64,000 nt of DNA from assembly GCF_003334335.1 (NCBI RefSeq), contig NZ_QOWQ01000020.1; one strand, 5' to 3'. Made by a program: the position numbers and the translations under genes. The notes under the pieces were generated by a model that was given only the letters and a program-made list of their open reading frames with translations, did no database searches and was not told where the DNA came from. The DNA is from Escherichia coli (GTDB lineage: Bacteria > Pseudomonadota > Gammaproteobacteria > Enterobacterales > Enterobacteriaceae). This document shows, piece after piece, positions 49,149 to 61,566 of the stretch; the first letter of the stretch is position 1; the number at the start of each line of letters is the position of its first letter.

Positions 49149-50804
49149 ATGGAATTTTCGTTTTCACCCAAACGTCTTGTTGTTGCTGTCGCCGCCGCTC
49201 TTCCTCTCATGGCCAGCGCAGCAGATACCCCGTCAACTGCCACCGCACGCAAAGGCTTTGCCGGATACGATCACCCAAACCAGTATCTGGTTAAACCGGC
49301 GACCACTATTGCCGACAATATGATGCCAGTAATGCAGCATCCGGCGCAGGATAAAGAAACCCAGCAGAAGCTGGCAGAACTTGAGAAAAAAACCGGTAAG
49401 AAACCGAATGTGGTTGTTTTCTTGCTGGACGATGTGGGCTGGATGGACGTCGGTTTTAACGGTGGCGGCGTGGCGGTGGGTAACCCTACACCAGATATCG
49501 ACGCCGTTGCCAGCCAGGGGCTGATTTTAACTTCGGCGTATTCTCAACCAAGCTCTTCCCCAACCCGCGCCACCATTCTCACCGGACAATACTCCATCCA
49601 CCACGGCATTCTGATGCCGCCAATGTACGGGCAACCGGGCGGGCTGCAAGGGTTAACCACGCTGCCGCAGTTGCTGCACGATCAGGGCTACGTCACTCAG
49701 GCCATCGGAAAATGGCATATGGGGGAAAACAAAGAGTCGCAGCCGCAGAACGTTGGCTTTGATGATTTCCGTGGCTTTAACTCGGTGTCTGATATGTACA
49801 CCGAATGGCGCGACGTTCACGTCAATCCGGAAGTGGCCCTGAGTCCGGACCGTTCTGAATACATCAAGCAATTACCGTTCAGCAAAGATGACGTTCATGC
49901 GGTGCGCGGCGGCGAACAACAGGCCATTGCCGACATTACGCCGAAATATATGGAAGATCTGGATCAACGCTGGATGGACTATGGCGTTAAGTTCCTCGAC
50001 AAGATGGCGAAGAGCGATAAACCATTCTTCCTCTACTACGGCACTCGTGGCTGCCACTTCGATAACTACCCAAATGCGAAATATGCGGGTAGCTCTCCGG
50101 CACGCACCTCGTATGGCGACTGCATGGTGGAGATGAACGATGTGTTCGCTAATCTGTATAAAACACTGGAGAAAAACGGTCAGCTTGATAACACGCTGAT
50201 CGTCTTTACCTCCGATAACGGACCGGAAGCCGAAGTACCGCCGCACGGACGCACCCCGTTCCGTGGTGCGAAAGGTTCGACCTGGGAAGGCGGCGTTCGC
50301 GTACCGACTTTCGTTTACTGGAAAGGGATGATCCAACCGCGTAAATCTGACGGTATTGTCGATCTGGCAGATCTCTTCCCTACCGCGCTGGATCTGGCAG
50401 GGCATCCTGGAGCGAAAGTGGCGAATTTAGTGCCGAAAACCACCTTTATCGATGGTGTGGACCAGACATCCTTCTTCCTGGGAACAAATGGTCAGTCTAA
50501 CCGTAAGGCCGAGCACTACTTCCTCAACGGTAAACTCGCTGCTGTGCGTATGGATGAGTTCAAGTATCACGTCCTGATTCAGCAACCTTACGCTTATACC
50601 CAGAGCGGATATCAGGGTGGATTCACCGGCACAGTAATGCAAACGGCGGGATCGTCGGTGTTTAACCTCTACACCGATCCGCAGGAAAGCGACTCCATCG
50701 GCGTGCGCCATATTCCGATGGGTGTACCGCTACAGACCGAAATGCACGCGTATATGGAGATCCTGAAAAAATATCCACCACGCGCGCAGATTAAATCTGA
50801 CTAA
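49149..50804 (+). CDS. aslA: arylsulfatase-family protein AslA (Ser-type signature)
   Basis: 551-aa ORF with signal peptide and sulfatase signature [11 protein letters not shown]. Confidence 0.88.
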
Positions 50805-50842
50805 GCCGGCGCTATCGCTGAGATCTGCCTTTGCCGGATGCG

Positions 50843-50947
<105 letters not shown>

Positions 50948-50962
50948 GGCGGCCGCCGATTT

Positions 50963-52198
50963 CTACTTACTCACCACCAGCAAATGCGCATGCATAATGT
51001 CGCTGGCCGGGCGACCGTGCGCCAGCAAATCAGCCATTGCTTTAAGATATGGCGGTAGATGGCGGAAATAACGCTGATACCCGGCACACAAATAATTCAG
51101 TCCCGGTTTGCCGCTGGCATCGAGCATGAAGCGGTGTTTCGGGCAGCCTCCCCAGCACGCTTTTAACACGTTACAACTGCGACACTGCGCCGGTAACTGC
51201 TTAAATTTATCTTCACCAAACGCCTGCTGTTGCGGGGAATCGATCATTTCTGCAATTGTTTGCTGGTGCATATTCCCCAGCCGATATTGCGGATAAACAT
51301 AGTGATCACAGGCGTAAACGTCGCCGTTGTGCTCAACAATCACCGAGCGCCCACAGGTTGGCTGATGATGGCAAACCGCACCCGGCGCACCGACAAAATT
51401 GGCAAACGCCCATTCGATATTCATCACGAAAATCTTGCCGACGTCGCGTTTGATCCAGTGGTCGAATATCGCCACCAGAAACTCACCGAACTCCTCGGGG
51501 CGCACCGACCATTCCGTTAGCTCACCCTGAATATCACCAGGCGCATGTAACTTAAGTCCATCGCGGGCAGTTGTTTCATCAGCCAGGCGCTCGACCACCG
51601 GAATAAACTGGATGAATTCGACTCCCGCATCGCACAAAAAATCATATACCTGCAACGGTTGCTGCGCGCTGGTGCGATTAACGCAGACCAGCACGTTATA
51701 GTCGACATGATGTTTTTGCAGGAGCGTCAGGGCACGCATCACCAGCTTATGCGTGGGTCTGCCACCTTTAGTCACGCGATATTGATTGTGGATCTCAGGC
51801 GGGCCATCCAGCGATAAACCAACAAGAAAATGATGCTCCGCGAGAAACGCGCACCATTCGTCATCCAGCAGCACGCCGTTAGTCTGGAAGCTGTTACTTA
51901 TCTTCCTGCCAGCACCATATTTCGCCTGTAGCGCTACGGCACGGCGGTAAAACGCCAGCCCGAGTAGCGTTGGTTCGCCGCCCTGCCAGGTAAAAGCCAC
52001 TTCGTTTTGCGGTTCGCTGGCAGCGATATAGTGACGGACATACGCTTCCAGCGTGTCATCGTCCATATGCGTGACTGGCTTTTCGCGGTAAAGGGATTGT
52101 TTTTCGAGATAAAAACAGTAGTCACAGTTCAGATTACAATCGGAACCGCTCGGTTTCGCCATCACATGAAAAGCACGCGTTGGAACCTGTTGCAGCAT
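50963..52198 (-). CDS. aslB: anaerobic sulfatase-maturating enzyme homolog (radical SAM/SPASM)
   Basis: 411 aa from MLQQVPTRAFHVMAKPSGSDCNLNCDYCFY (CX3CX2C radical SAM motif plus C-terminal Cys clusters); track ORF starts 10 codons upstream. Confidence 0.85.
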   Translation of the reverse strand: MLQQVPTRAFHVMAKPSGSDCNLNCDYCFYLEKQSLYREKPVTHMDDDTLEAYVRHYIAASEPQNEVAFTWQGGEPTLLGLAFYRRAVALQAKYGAGRKISNSFQTNGVLLDDEWCAFLAEHHFLVGLSLDGPPEIHNQYRVTKGGRPTHKLVMRALTLLQKHHVDYNVLVCVNRTSAQQPLQVYDFLCDAGVEFIQFIPVVERLADETTARDGLKLHAPGDIQGELTEWSVRPEEFGEFLVAIFDHWIKRDVGKIFVMNIEWAFANFVGAPGAVCHHQPTCGRSVIVEHNGDVYACDHYVYPQYRLGNMHQQTIAEMIDSPQQQAFGEDKFKQLPAQCRSCNVLKACWGGCPKHRFMLDASGKPGLNYLCAGYQRYFRHLPPYLKAMADLLAHGRPASDIMHAHLLVVSK

Positions 52199-52310
52199 GG
52201 TCGCTCCTTGCCTGAAGTCATCCTTCAATACGTTAAGGGCGAAATCATACCGTGGGGCAATGAGTTATTACGGGCGTTTATTGCGAAGGGAGGGTGACGA
52301 AATGCACAGA

Positions 52311-52336
52311 AAACAAAAAACCCCGCCGAAGCGGGG
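52311..52336 (-). terminator. intrinsic terminator of the tRNA operon
   Basis: Minus-strand hairpin CCCCGCTTCGGCGGGG followed by TTTTTTGTTTT, just after proM. Confidence 0.7.
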
Positions 52337-52344
52337 TTCAAAAT

Positions 52345-52421
52345 TGGTCGGCGAGAGAGGATTCGAACCTCCGACCCACTGGTCCCAAACCAGTTGCGCT
52401 ACCAAGCTGCGCTACTCGCCG
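52345..52421 (-). tRNA. proM: tRNA-Pro (UGG)
   Basis: 77-nt reverse-complement sequence CGGCGAGUAGCGCAGCUUGGUAGCGCAACUGGUUUGGGACCAGUGGGUCGGAGGUUCGAAUCCUCUCUCGCCGACCA; cloverleaf and UGG anticodon evident. Confidence 0.93.
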
Positions 52422-52463
52422 AAATACTGCTTTTTGAATTTTTAGTTCAATTCTTTAAAGTCG

Positions 52464-52550
52464 TGGTGCGAGGGGGGGGACTTGAACCCCCACGTCCGTA
52501 AGGACACTAACACCTGAAGCTAGCGCGTCTACCAATTCCGCCACCTTCGC
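52464..52550 (-). tRNA. leuT: tRNA-Leu (CAG), long variable arm
   Basis: 87-nt sequence GCGAAGGUGGCGGAAUUGGUAGACGCGCUAGCUUCAGGUGUUAGUGUCC...CCUCGCACCA. Confidence 0.93.
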
Positions 52551-52570
52551 ATTGTCACAACTTCTAATAA

Positions 52571-52647
52571 TGGGGTGGCTAATGGGATTCGAACCCACGA
52601 CAACTGGAATCACAATCCAGGGCTCTACCAACTGAGCTATAGCCACC
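52571..52647 (-). tRNA. hisR: tRNA-His (GUG) with extra 5' G
   Basis: 77-nt sequence GGUGGCUAUAGCUCAGUUGGUAGAGCCCUGGAUUGUGAUUCCAGUUGUCGUGGGUUCGAAUCCCAUUAGCCACCCCA. Confidence 0.93.
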
Positions 52648-52704
52648 ACTACAAATCTTGTTACGCGGTATTACTACCACCGCAGCTCAAGCGCCGGGAC
52701 TAAA

Positions 52705-52781
<77 letters not shown>

Positions 52782-52802
52782 TTAGCGCCGTTTCGGGGGT
52801 GG

Positions 52803-52831
52803 ATAATACGGACTTCCCACCCCTCTGTCTA
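52803..52831 (-). promoter_or_regulatory. candidate promoter of the argX-hisR-leuT-proM operon
   Basis: Minus strand TAGACA, 17-nt spacer, TATTAT, then GC-rich discriminator CCACCCC about 15 nt before the tRNA-Arg 5' end; A/T-rich tract upstream. Confidence 0.55.
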
Positions 52832-52883
52832 GTCCCTTTTTAAATAAATTGCGCGTTTGGTTACGGTTTGTGCGTTTTGCTGC

Positions 52884-54269
52884 TTATTCCTCCAGTTTAT
52901 GCGCTTTCCCGTGGCGATTAAGGCCAAAAACTTTATAAATCGCCGTCACCGCCAGCATAAAGATGATGCCAACAAACAGCGACATACGCGTATCTTCATT
53001 AAAGTACATGCCGATCAAAACGCAAATCAGGAATGCCATTGTTACGTAATTGGCCCACGGGAACAGGATTGAGCGGAACGGATGGCTGGCAATCGCCGCT
53101 TTATGTGCACGCCGAAAACGCAGCTGGCTTATCAATATCACAAACCATGGCACCATCCCCGGAAGCACGCTGGCACTGTAGACGTAGACAAACACACGCT
53201 GCGGATTGGGAATGATGTAGTTCAGGCATGAGCCAATTAGCAGAATAGCAATAGATACTGCCACACCCGCAACCGGTACGCCGTGACGGGAAACTTTCGC
53301 CATTGCCGCCGGTAACTGACGGTTTTTCGCCAGTGCGTAGAGCATACGTCCGCAACTGTACATGCCGCTGTTACAGCCAGAGAGCGCAGCCGTCAGCACC
53401 ACAAAGTTGATAATGCCCGCCGCTGCGGTAATACCGATTTTGGCAAAAGTCAGTACGAACGGGCTGCCGTTGCTGCCTATTTCATTCCACGGGAAGATGG
53501 TGACGATAACGAAAATCGCGCCTACGTAGAAAATCAGGATCCGCCACAGCACCTTGCCTACGGCACTGCGCAGCGTCACCTGCGGATTCTTCGCTTCACC
53601 GGCAGTAATGCCAATCAGCTCCACGCCCTGGTAGGACGCCACCACAATACACAGAGCGGTCAGGAACCCTTTCCAGCCACCCGCAAAGAAACCGCCATGC
53701 TCTGTGAGATTGCTAAAACCAATCGACTGCCCTCCATTGCCAAAGCCAAAGAAAATCACGCCCAGGCCAATGACAATCATCACGATAATCGTGGTGACTT
53801 TGATCATCGCGAACCAGAACTCGATTTCGCCGTACAACCGCACCGCCGCCAGATTCGCCAACGCCACCAGCGCCACTGCGATCAATGCGGGTATCCACTG
53901 CGCCATCTCCGGGAACCAGAACTGGACATAAACGCCAATGGCGGTGATTTCAGAGATCCCCACCGCCATCCACATAAACCAGTAAGACCAGGCGGTGAGA
54001 TAGCCAAAGAACGGGCTCATATAACGATGCGCATAAACGGCGAACGAACCGGTAACCGGTTCGAGGAACAACATTTCGCCCATTGAACGCATGATGAAAA
54101 AGACGAACAGCCCGGCGATGATATAGGCCAACAATACGGATGGCCCGGCCCATTTCAGGGTACTGGCGGCCCCCATAAACAGGCCGACGCCAATGGTGCC
54201 CCCCAGGGCGATGAGTTCGATATGTCGAGCTTCCAGCCCACGCTGTAGCTCTGGTTTGTTATCTGCCAT
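52884..54269 (-). CDS. yifK: APC-family amino acid permease YifK
   Basis: 461-aa twelve-TM ORF. Confidence 0.88.
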
Positions 54270-54402
54270 AAATCCTCGTGTTGTGTTTGCATGCTTTCCG
54301 GTGTTACCGGTTATCGTTATGGGTACATCGAGTGTTGCAAATGTTTTCGTAATTCAGGAGAAATGGCAAATAAAGCATTAAAAATTTGAATGCTTTGTGT
54401 AA

Positions 54403-54441
54403 TAAAAAAGCAGACAGGCGACGGAGTGACCACTCCGTCGC
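54403..54441 (-). terminator. intrinsic terminator at the end of the wec operon
   Basis: Minus-strand hairpin GCGACGGAGTG-GT-CACTCCGTCGC followed within 8 nt by TTTTTTATT. Confidence 0.5.
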
Positions 54442-54459
54442 TTTACAAAGAGAGGAAAA

Positions 54460-55200
54460 TCATAGGTTGCCGGTGTAGTGCCAGCGTAAATAACGCAGCA
54501 AACGAAGCTGACGCTTAATGCGGCTCGGCTGCGAAAGCAGGCGGTAGAGCCACTCCAGCCCCAGCGTTTGCCAGATTTTCGGTGCGCGTTTTACGTGACC
54601 GGTGAAAACATCGTAAGTCCCGCCAACGCCCATATACAGCGCATCTGGATGTACCAGACGGCAGTCGCGCATGATGATCTCCTGCTTTGGCGATCCCATC
54701 GCAACGGTGACGATTTGCGCACCGCTGGCATGAATGCGTTCAAACAGCGCCTGACGCTGCTCGGGTTTAAAATAACCATCCTGACTGCCAACGATATTCA
54801 CATTCCACTGGTTGCGCAGTTTAGCTTCAGTTTGCGCCAGCACTTCAGGTTTACCGCCCACAAGAAATACCGGCGTCCCTTCTTTGCCTGCGCGCGCCAT
54901 CAGCTCTTCCCAGAGATCGGCACCGGCAACGCGGGAAACCTGCGCCTGCGGGTACTTTTTGCGTACTGAACGTACAACGCTGATGCCATCCGCATATTTA
55001 AATTCGGCAGCGTTAATTAACTCCCTGACCTCGGCGTTATCTTCAATAGTCAGCATTTTTTCAGCATTAATGGCAACCAGCGTTCCCTGCTTAAGCTGCC
55101 CGTCAGCAAACAGATAATCGAGGGCGTGCTGCATATCACGCCAACCAATCAACTGTAAGCCACGCAGCGTATAGGTTGGTGCCGTGGTGTTGTTATTCAT
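54460..55200 (-). CDS. wecG: UDP-ManNAcA transferase (ECA lipid II synthesis) WecG
   Basis: 246-aa ORF, last gene of the wec cluster. Confidence 0.88.
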   Translation of the reverse strand: MNNNTTAPTYTLRGLQLIGWRDMQHALDYLFADGQLKQGTLVAINAEKMLTIEDNAEVRELINAAEFKYADGISVVRSVRKKYPQAQVSRVAGADLWEELMARAGKEGTPVFLVGGKPEVLAQTEAKLRNQWNVNIVGSQDGYFKPEQRQALFERIHASGAQIVTVAMGSPKQEIIMRDCRLVHPDALYMGVGGTYDVFTGHVKRAPKIWQTLGLEWLYRLLSQPSRIKRQLRLLRYLRWHYTGNL

Positions 55201-55202
55201 TG

Positions 55203-56555
55203 TTATCCTTCAACCTGCGTCCGGAGCGATGATTTTGTACGTTTATGAATGAGTCCGGCGCTTTCAAAAAGCCAGTACAACAGTTTTGCGATCATCAGAC
55301 ATGCGCCGAAGACCACGATAAAAAAGACCACGCGTGAGACAAACGAATCCAGCCCTTCACGCGCCAGCACGATCATATTGAAGATCGCCCCAAAGCAGAA
55401 ACTGTGCAATATCGCAGCTTTATAGCGATTAGGCTCGCGGTTGCCCAGCTCATACAGCCAGTCGAACCATTTGATGATCAGACCAACCACGATCGCCCCG
55501 AGCGGGATGAACAACGCGCCGCCCATCACCACCAGTGAGCCTATAAGCGTAGGCGAGATCGCCAGTCCGGAGTGGTTATTCAGCACTTCCCAGGTAAAGT
55601 AGTTGGCTGAGTTCAGCACCATACTCGGGCGACCCGGCCACAGCCAGGAAGGGATAAAGACATAGAAATCGCGGACAATTGGAGCCAGGCCCTGGAAGTC
55701 GATGTTGTCGTAGTTCTGCAACAGCAACGCCAGATTCTCCCACGGCGAGAAGGTGTCGCGAGTGAGATAGAGAAACGTATAGAACGCTTCATCGCCGCTC
55801 ACATTCATTCCATAGCGTTTTAGTGCCAGCCAGAACATGCCAACAATCCCCAGCACGCCCGCCGCCGCCAGCATCCACAACGAAATCCAGCCGCGAATAA
55901 TGCCAATAAACAGGAAGATAGCGAATGCGATGATGATATTGGCGCGAGTGCCGCCGACAATCATATAAGTCAGCAAGCCAAAGGCGACCGTGCTGACGAG
56001 GAAAAACAGCCACGCTTTGCTGTCCTGGCGCAGAAAGTAGACCACCAGCATCGCCGGGATGAAAAAGTAAAAGAAGCGTTTTAACGCCACGCCGGAGACT
56101 TCACTGGAAAAGATCTGACTGTAGGAGTTAAGCCGGAACAGCAAAAAGCCGTTGTGCATGAAGAAGATGCCGACGCTTACCAGCGCGATACCCATCAGGA
56201 TCACCCACGTAAGATTGGTCTCCACGCGGTTCATGGTAAACAGCGGACGGCGCGGTACATCAGCAACGCGTTTGCGTAGGCGGGTTTTGTAGGTGACATA
56301 GTAAACCGCGTAGAAGCAGCCCGCAGAAAGCAACGCCTGCAACAAGATTTCTGGCGGCGCGACACCAACATCAAAGCGAAATACCAGCACGCTGGTCAGC
56401 GGGAAGCCGAAGAAAAAGGTGAGCAAAAACAGCAATGAAAAGAAGACATTGAAGTTAAAGCGCACACGGCGAAACTCAAACCAGGTCAGCGTGGCAATAA
56501 ACAGCGTGCAGAGCAGCCAGACAACAAACAGGCCACTGAATTGCAGCAGACTCAT
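55203..56555 (-). CDS. wzyE: ECA polymerase WzyE
   Basis: 450-aa polytopic membrane ORF. Confidence 0.88.
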   Translation of the reverse strand: MSLLQFSGLFVVWLLCTLFIATLTWFEFRRVRFNFNVFFSLLFLLTFFFGFPLTSVLVFRFDVGVAPPEILLQALLSAGCFYAVYYVTYKTRLRKRVADVPRRPLFTMNRVETNLTWVILMGIALVSVGIFFMHNGFLLFRLNSYSQIFSSEVSGVALKRFFYFFIPAMLVVYFLRQDSKAWLFFLVSTVAFGLLTYMIVGGTRANIIIAFAIFLFIGIIRGWISLWMLAAAGVLGIVGMFWLALKRYGMNVSGDEAFYTFLYLTRDTFSPWENLALLLQNYDNIDFQGLAPIVRDFYVFIPSWLWPGRPSMVLNSANYFTWEVLNNHSGLAISPTLIGSLVVMGGALFIPLGAIVVGLIIKWFDWLYELGNREPNRYKAAILHSFCFGAIFNMIVLAREGLDSFVSRVVFFIVVFGACLMIAKLLYWLFESAGLIHKRTKSSLRTQVEG

Positions 56556-57631
56556 GCGACCTCCCCGGCGGCAATCGCCAACGCCCGCTGCCAGCCTTGT
56601 AGATAGTTAGGGCTAAAGAAGGCAATGGTGTTTTTATCCACCGACGCCAACTGGCGCTGCGCTTCACGCACAATATCCTCGTTGAGATCGTCGGTAGTAA
56701 ACAGCACCGGCAAATGTTGTTCCGTCATATCCTGCCAGAACGGATTTTCCCGGTTAAGCACACAAGGAATGCCCGCCTGAATCAGTAAGCACAGCGTACC
56801 AATGCCCTGCTGGCGGGCAAAAATAAAGTAACCAAGATCGCACTGACGAAGTAGCGCCAGATAGGCGTCAAATTCCAGTTTTTCGCTCAGAATTTGTAGA
56901 TTTTCTTCGCTGAATAACTCCAGCCCCGCCTGACGAACTTCCTCAATGTACGCTTCGTTATTAGGCGGATATCCCATCGGCACCACCACTTTTACCGTAT
57001 CGCCAAATTGCTGATGAACGGCGCGCAAGGCAGCAATATGCTCATTGCTGCGGTCGCCGGAGTTCCCCACCAGAATGGTCATTTTCCCTTCACGTTGCCG
57101 ATCGTTCGCCATCGTATTGAGCGAAGGGTCCATCCGCGTCGGGAAGAACAGCAGTTCGCCCCGCACCTTTGGGTGCGTTTTGGCAAAAAAGCTCAAATCG
57201 CCGCGGGTGGCAAATACACAGCCGACTCGCTTTTGCGCCAGGCGACGTAGTGGGTAAAAAAGCTTATATCTCAAGCCACTGGAAAGCTCATACAGGTCTG
57301 CCCCCCAGATATGCCAGAAAAACTGGCTGGGCTTAATGCCACCACTCAGCAGAGCCAGCCACAGTGTGGGATTGAACTGACCGTGGAAGAAAAAACGCTG
57401 CTGACGGTTAGCTTTTGCTTTCGCGATGACCGCTTCCGCCAGCGATTTTTTCCCAGGGAAAAATTGCACAGAAAGCGCCGGACAGCTATCACTTAAGCCG
57501 TCGTCCTTGCCAACAACCATAAACTCGCGCGCGTGCTCGCTCGTCGCGGCCAGCGCGTCATTGAAAAACCGCAAAACGGTTCGGTTATGGTGAGGGATAT
57601 CCGATCCCAGTACGTGAATCAGTACAGTCAT
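56552..57631 (-). CDS. wecF: TDP-Fuc4NAc:lipid II transferase WecF
   Basis: 359-aa ORF; 4-nt overlaps with wzyE and wzxE. Confidence 0.88.
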   Translation of the reverse strand: MTVLIHVLGSDIPHHNRTVLRFFNDALAATSEHAREFMVVGKDDGLSDSCPALSVQFFPGKKSLAEAVIAKAKANRQQRFFFHGQFNPTLWLALLSGGIKPSQFFWHIWGADLYELSSGLRYKLFYPLRRLAQKRVGCVFATRGDLSFFAKTHPKVRGELLFFPTRMDPSLNTMANDRQREGKMTILVGNSGDRSNEHIAALRAVHQQFGDTVKVVVPMGYPPNNEAYIEEVRQAGLELFSEENLQILSEKLEFDAYLALLRQCDLGYFIFARQQGIGTLCLLIQAGIPCVLNRENPFWQDMTEQHLPVLFTTDDLNEDIVREAQRQLASVDKNTIAFFSPNYLQGWQRALAIAAGEVA

Positions 57632-58878
57632 GCCCGCCTACGCCAGAGTAAAAACACGCCACAACAAAGAGAAAAATAGACGATATAAGTTGCCATATAT
57701 GCCTGCGCCGCGCCCAGTGCACCATGCGCAGGGATTAGCCAGTGGGCAAATACCATCAATAAAGTGAACTGGCTGACTTCCGCCAGAATATAAAACCGCA
57801 GTGACGCTTTGGCGATCACCAGATAACCAAAGACATAAGCGCCCACTTTTAACACATCACCCACTAACTGCCAGGCAAAGAGATCGCGCATAGCGGTAAA
57901 TTTATTCGACAACAGCAGCCAGATAGCAAAATCACGCAGCAGCCAGACGGTAAAACTCGCCGCCGCCACTGCCGGTAAGACGAATTTCAGCGATTTAACC
58001 ACTTCCCGGGTGATATCGCGCTTTTCCGTTAGCCGCGACAACGTGGGCAGCAAATATACGCTGAACGATGCCGTAATAAATTGCAGGTAGGCATCGGAAA
58101 TACTGCTCACCCCTTGCCAGATCCCCACCTCATCCCAGCTATACTGCGCCGCCAGCAGTTTACGCATCATGATGTAAGCAACAGGCAAGGTCACCGACGT
58201 AATCAACGCCATGAGCGTAAATTTGCTCAACTGCCCTGCCAGACCGTTATCCCAGCTGGGTTTCAGATAGCTTAACGGGATGACACCACGTTTGATCAAC
58301 ATGATGGCGGCAGGAATTACCACCAGCGCGGGAATCAGCGCCAGACCCAGCAACGCCCCTTCATAACCGCCCAAACGGTAACTGACGTAGTACGCGAGAA
58401 CGCCAATCAAGCTGCCGACAATCAGCGATAACGCATTACCTGCGGCATCGCGAAAGCCTTTCATCAGCGCCAGTAACAGGTTGCCCCAGGCGATCCCCAT
58501 TTGCACCAGCGCCACTAAACGCACCAGCCCCTGATAGTCGGTATTACCAAACAATCCCTGGCTGATTGGCGCAGCTGCCAGCACAAAAACCAGCGCCATC
58601 AGCGTAGAGAAACCAAGTACCATCGCTGATGAAGTGCCGACCACGCGGCGCAGCTGTTGCGGATTATCATGGTACTGGGCAACGTATTTGGTTACACCGT
58701 TAAAGATGCCAGCCCCGGCAAGCACGCCGAGCACGGTAATCAACTGGCGGAAATTTGCCGCCAGCCCAAGCCCCGCCGGACCAAATGACACCGCCAGCAA
58801 CTTACCGACCAGTAACCCGGCACCAATCTTGACCAGTGTACTGGCCGCCGTCCACAAGGACGCTTTTGCCAACGACAT
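57628..58878 (-). CDS. wzxE: ECA lipid III flippase WzxE
   Basis: 416-aa polytopic membrane ORF. Confidence 0.88.
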   Translation of the reverse strand: MSLAKASLWTAASTLVKIGAGLLVGKLLAVSFGPAGLGLAANFRQLITVLGVLAGAGIFNGVTKYVAQYHDNPQQLRRVVGTSSAMVLGFSTLMALVFVLAAAPISQGLFGNTDYQGLVRLVALVQMGIAWGNLLLALMKGFRDAAGNALSLIVGSLIGVLAYYVSYRLGGYEGALLGLALIPALVVIPAAIMLIKRGVIPLSYLKPSWDNGLAGQLSKFTLMALITSVTLPVAYIMMRKLLAAQYSWDEVGIWQGVSSISDAYLQFITASFSVYLLPTLSRLTEKRDITREVVKSLKFVLPAVAAASFTVWLLRDFAIWLLLSNKFTAMRDLFAWQLVGDVLKVGAYVFGYLVIAKASLRFYILAEVSQFTLLMVFAHWLIPAHGALGAAQAYMATYIVYFSLCCGVFLLWRRRA

Positions 58879-58879
58879 A

Positions 58880-60010
58880 TCAGGAAAAGTAGTTCAACAA
58901 AGTCGCAATTACCGTACGCTGATTGACGGGCGACAGGTTGTAGAACAGCGGCAGGCGCAGCAGGCGCTCGCTCTCTTTGGTGGTGTAGCGATCTTCACCG
59001 TGGAACTCACCAAAGTGTTCCCCCGCAGGGCAACCGTGCAGCGGAATGTAATGAAACACCGCCATGATTTCCGCTTCTTTCAGAAAGTTAATCAACGCGC
59101 TCCGGTCATCAATATCCCGCAGTTTAATGTAGAACATATGCGCGTTCTGCACGCAGCCATCGGGAATCGACGGCAGCTCGATACGCCCGGCTTTCGCCAG
59201 AGGCGCTAACGCATCGTAGTAGTTTTGCCACAGCGCCAGACGTTGCTGGTTGATACGATCCGCTGCTTCCAGTTGCGCCCACAGGTATGCAGCTTGCAGA
59301 TCGGACATCAAATAGCTGGAGCCAATATCGCGCCAGGTATATTTATCGACCTGACCACGGAAGAACTGGCTGCGGTTAGTGCCCTTTTCACGGATGATCT
59401 CGGCTCGTTCGATTAACGCTTTATCGTTAATCAGCGTCGCGCCGCCTTCACCGCCCGCCGTGTAGTTTTTGGTTTCATGGAAGCTAAAGCAGCCAATATG
59501 ACCAATGGTTCCCAGTGCACGCCCTTTGTAAGTGGACATCACGCCCTGAGCGGCATCTTCTACCACAAACAAATTATGCTTTTTCGCCAACGCCATAATG
59601 GTGTCCATTTCGCAGGCCACACCCGCGTAATGGACCGGCACGATAACGCGCGTTTTGTCGGTGATCGCCGCTTCAATCAGCGTTTCGTCGATGTTCATGG
59701 TGTCCGGGCGAACATCCACAAAAACGATTTTTGCGCCACGCAGCACAAAGGCATTGGCGGTGGAGACAAAGGTGTAGCTCGGCATGATCACTTCATCGCC
59801 AGGCTGGATATCGAGCAGCAGCGCCGCCATCTCCAGCGAAGCGGTGCAGGACGGCGTCAGTAACACTTTGGCGCTGCCAAAACGTTGCTCCAGCCACTGC
59901 TGGCAGCGACGGGTAAAACCGCCATCGCCACACAGTTTGCCGCTACCCATTGCCGACTGCATATAGTCGAGTTCGGTTCCCACCACCGGCGGTGCGTTAA
60001 ATGGAATCAT
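58880..60010 (-). CDS. wecE: TDP-4-keto-6-deoxy-D-glucose aminotransferase WecE
   Basis: 376-aa DegT/PLP-dependent aminotransferase-like ORF. Confidence 0.9.
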   Translation of the reverse strand: MIPFNAPPVVGTELDYMQSAMGSGKLCGDGGFTRRCQQWLEQRFGSAKVLLTPSCTASLEMAALLLDIQPGDEVIMPSYTFVSTANAFVLRGAKIVFVDVRPDTMNIDETLIEAAITDKTRVIVPVHYAGVACEMDTIMALAKKHNLFVVEDAAQGVMSTYKGRALGTIGHIGCFSFHETKNYTAGGEGGATLINDKALIERAEIIREKGTNRSQFFRGQVDKYTWRDIGSSYLMSDLQAAYLWAQLEAADRINQQRLALWQNYYDALAPLAKAGRIELPSIPDGCVQNAHMFYIKLRDIDDRSALINFLKEAEIMAVFHYIPLHGCPAGEHFGEFHGEDRYTTKESERLLRLPLFYNLSPVNQRTVIATLLNYFS

Positions 60011-60014
60011 GTGA

Positions 60015-60689
60015 TCACCTGTATAACCAGTACGCGGTGCTTTCTACATTCGCACCACTTTGTATGTATCGTTTAAGCGCGGCGGTGTTGCCCATTTGGG
60101 TCGCCACCCGCAAAGTTGTTTTACCGCGAGCATACGCCCAGTTTAGCGCCGTTTGCATCAGCTCAGCACCTGCACCGCGTCCAGCCAGCAGGCCAATTCG
60201 CGCATCTGTCGCATTGAGTTCCCGTAAAGAGACATAGCCGCGAATATCGCCGGACGCCGCACGTAAAATCAGACATTGATGATCAAAGGTGCCGCGCACG
60301 GCATTTTCAATCCACTGTGCATAAAAGCGACTGCTGGCGTCAGGCGCATACCACGGCGCACGAAAACGGCTTTGCGCAAATGCGGCGCTGGCTAACTGAC
60401 GTAATGCGGGAATATCGGTCTCTTGTGCCACTACAGCACCGCTATCACTGGCATTGTTCACGGGTAGCGCCAAATCAACTTCACCTTCTACCAGGGAGAA
60501 TCCCAGCTGTTGCAGGGCATCCAGTTCACCCGTATTTGATGCCGCAATTTTGGCCTGCACCCGTGACCACGGCGCTAACGCGTCTGGCGTCAGGAGCGGT
60601 GCTTCAGACGTAATGCGCACGATGGCGCTGTTAACACCAAAGAAGGCGTTTTCCCAGGTTAGTGGCTCAATACTGGCGCGGACGGGCAC
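60015..60689 (-). CDS. wecD: TDP-fucosamine acetyltransferase WecD
   Basis: 224-aa ORF with GNAT-like C-terminal half; first 23 nt overlap the rffH 3' end, so the start is somewhat uncertain. Confidence 0.8.
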
Positions 60690-61548
60690 GAAGTAACTCC
60701 AGCAGATATTGGCCGTAGCCAGTTTTCGCTAATGAACTGGCAGCACGCTTCACACCCTCGTCATCGAGCCAGCCGTTACGCCAGGCAATCTCTTCCAGGC
60801 AGGCAATCTTAAAGCCCTGGCGTTTTTCCACCGTCTGTACAAAGGTGCTGGCTTCAATCAGGCTGTCGTGAGTGCCGGTATCCAGCCAGGCAAATCCGCG
60901 CCCGAGCAGTTCAACGGTCAGGTTGCCCGCCTCGAGGTACATCTGGTTGATGGAGGTAATCTCCAGTTCACCACGCTCCGACGGCTTCACCTGCTTTGCG
61001 TACTCCACGACTTTACTGTCGTAGAAATAAAGCCCGGTCACCGCCCAGTTTGACTTCGGCTGTTTTGGCTTTTCTTCCAGCGAGATAGCGCGGAAATTGT
61101 CGTCAAACTCCACCACGCCAAAGCGTTCCGGGTCCATCACCTGATAGCCAAAAACCGTCGCCCCTTCGGTGCGCGCCGCAACATGACGCAGCTTCGGACT
61201 GAAGCCCTGACCGAAGAAGATGTTATCGCCCAGCACCAGACAAGAAGGTTCACCATTAAGGAAGGTTTCACCGATGATAAAGGCCTGCGCCAGACCGTCC
61301 GGGCTGGGCTGTTCGGCATATTCCAGCTGGATACCGAACTCACTACCATCGCCCAGCAGGCGCTGGAAATAACCTTTATCTTCCGGCGTAGTGATGATGA
61401 GAATTTCGCGGATACCGGCCAGCATCAGCACCGACAGCGGATAGTAAATCATTGGCTTATCGTAAATCGGCAACAGTTGCTTCGATACGCCGCGCGTAAT
61501 CGGATGCAATCGGGTGCCGGAACCGCCCGCCAGGATAATACCTTTCAT
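60667..61548 (-). CDS. rffH: glucose-1-phosphate thymidylyltransferase 2
   Basis: 293-aa [40 protein letters not shown]. Confidence 0.92.
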
Positions 61549-61566
61549 GTTTGCCTCCGCTGAAAA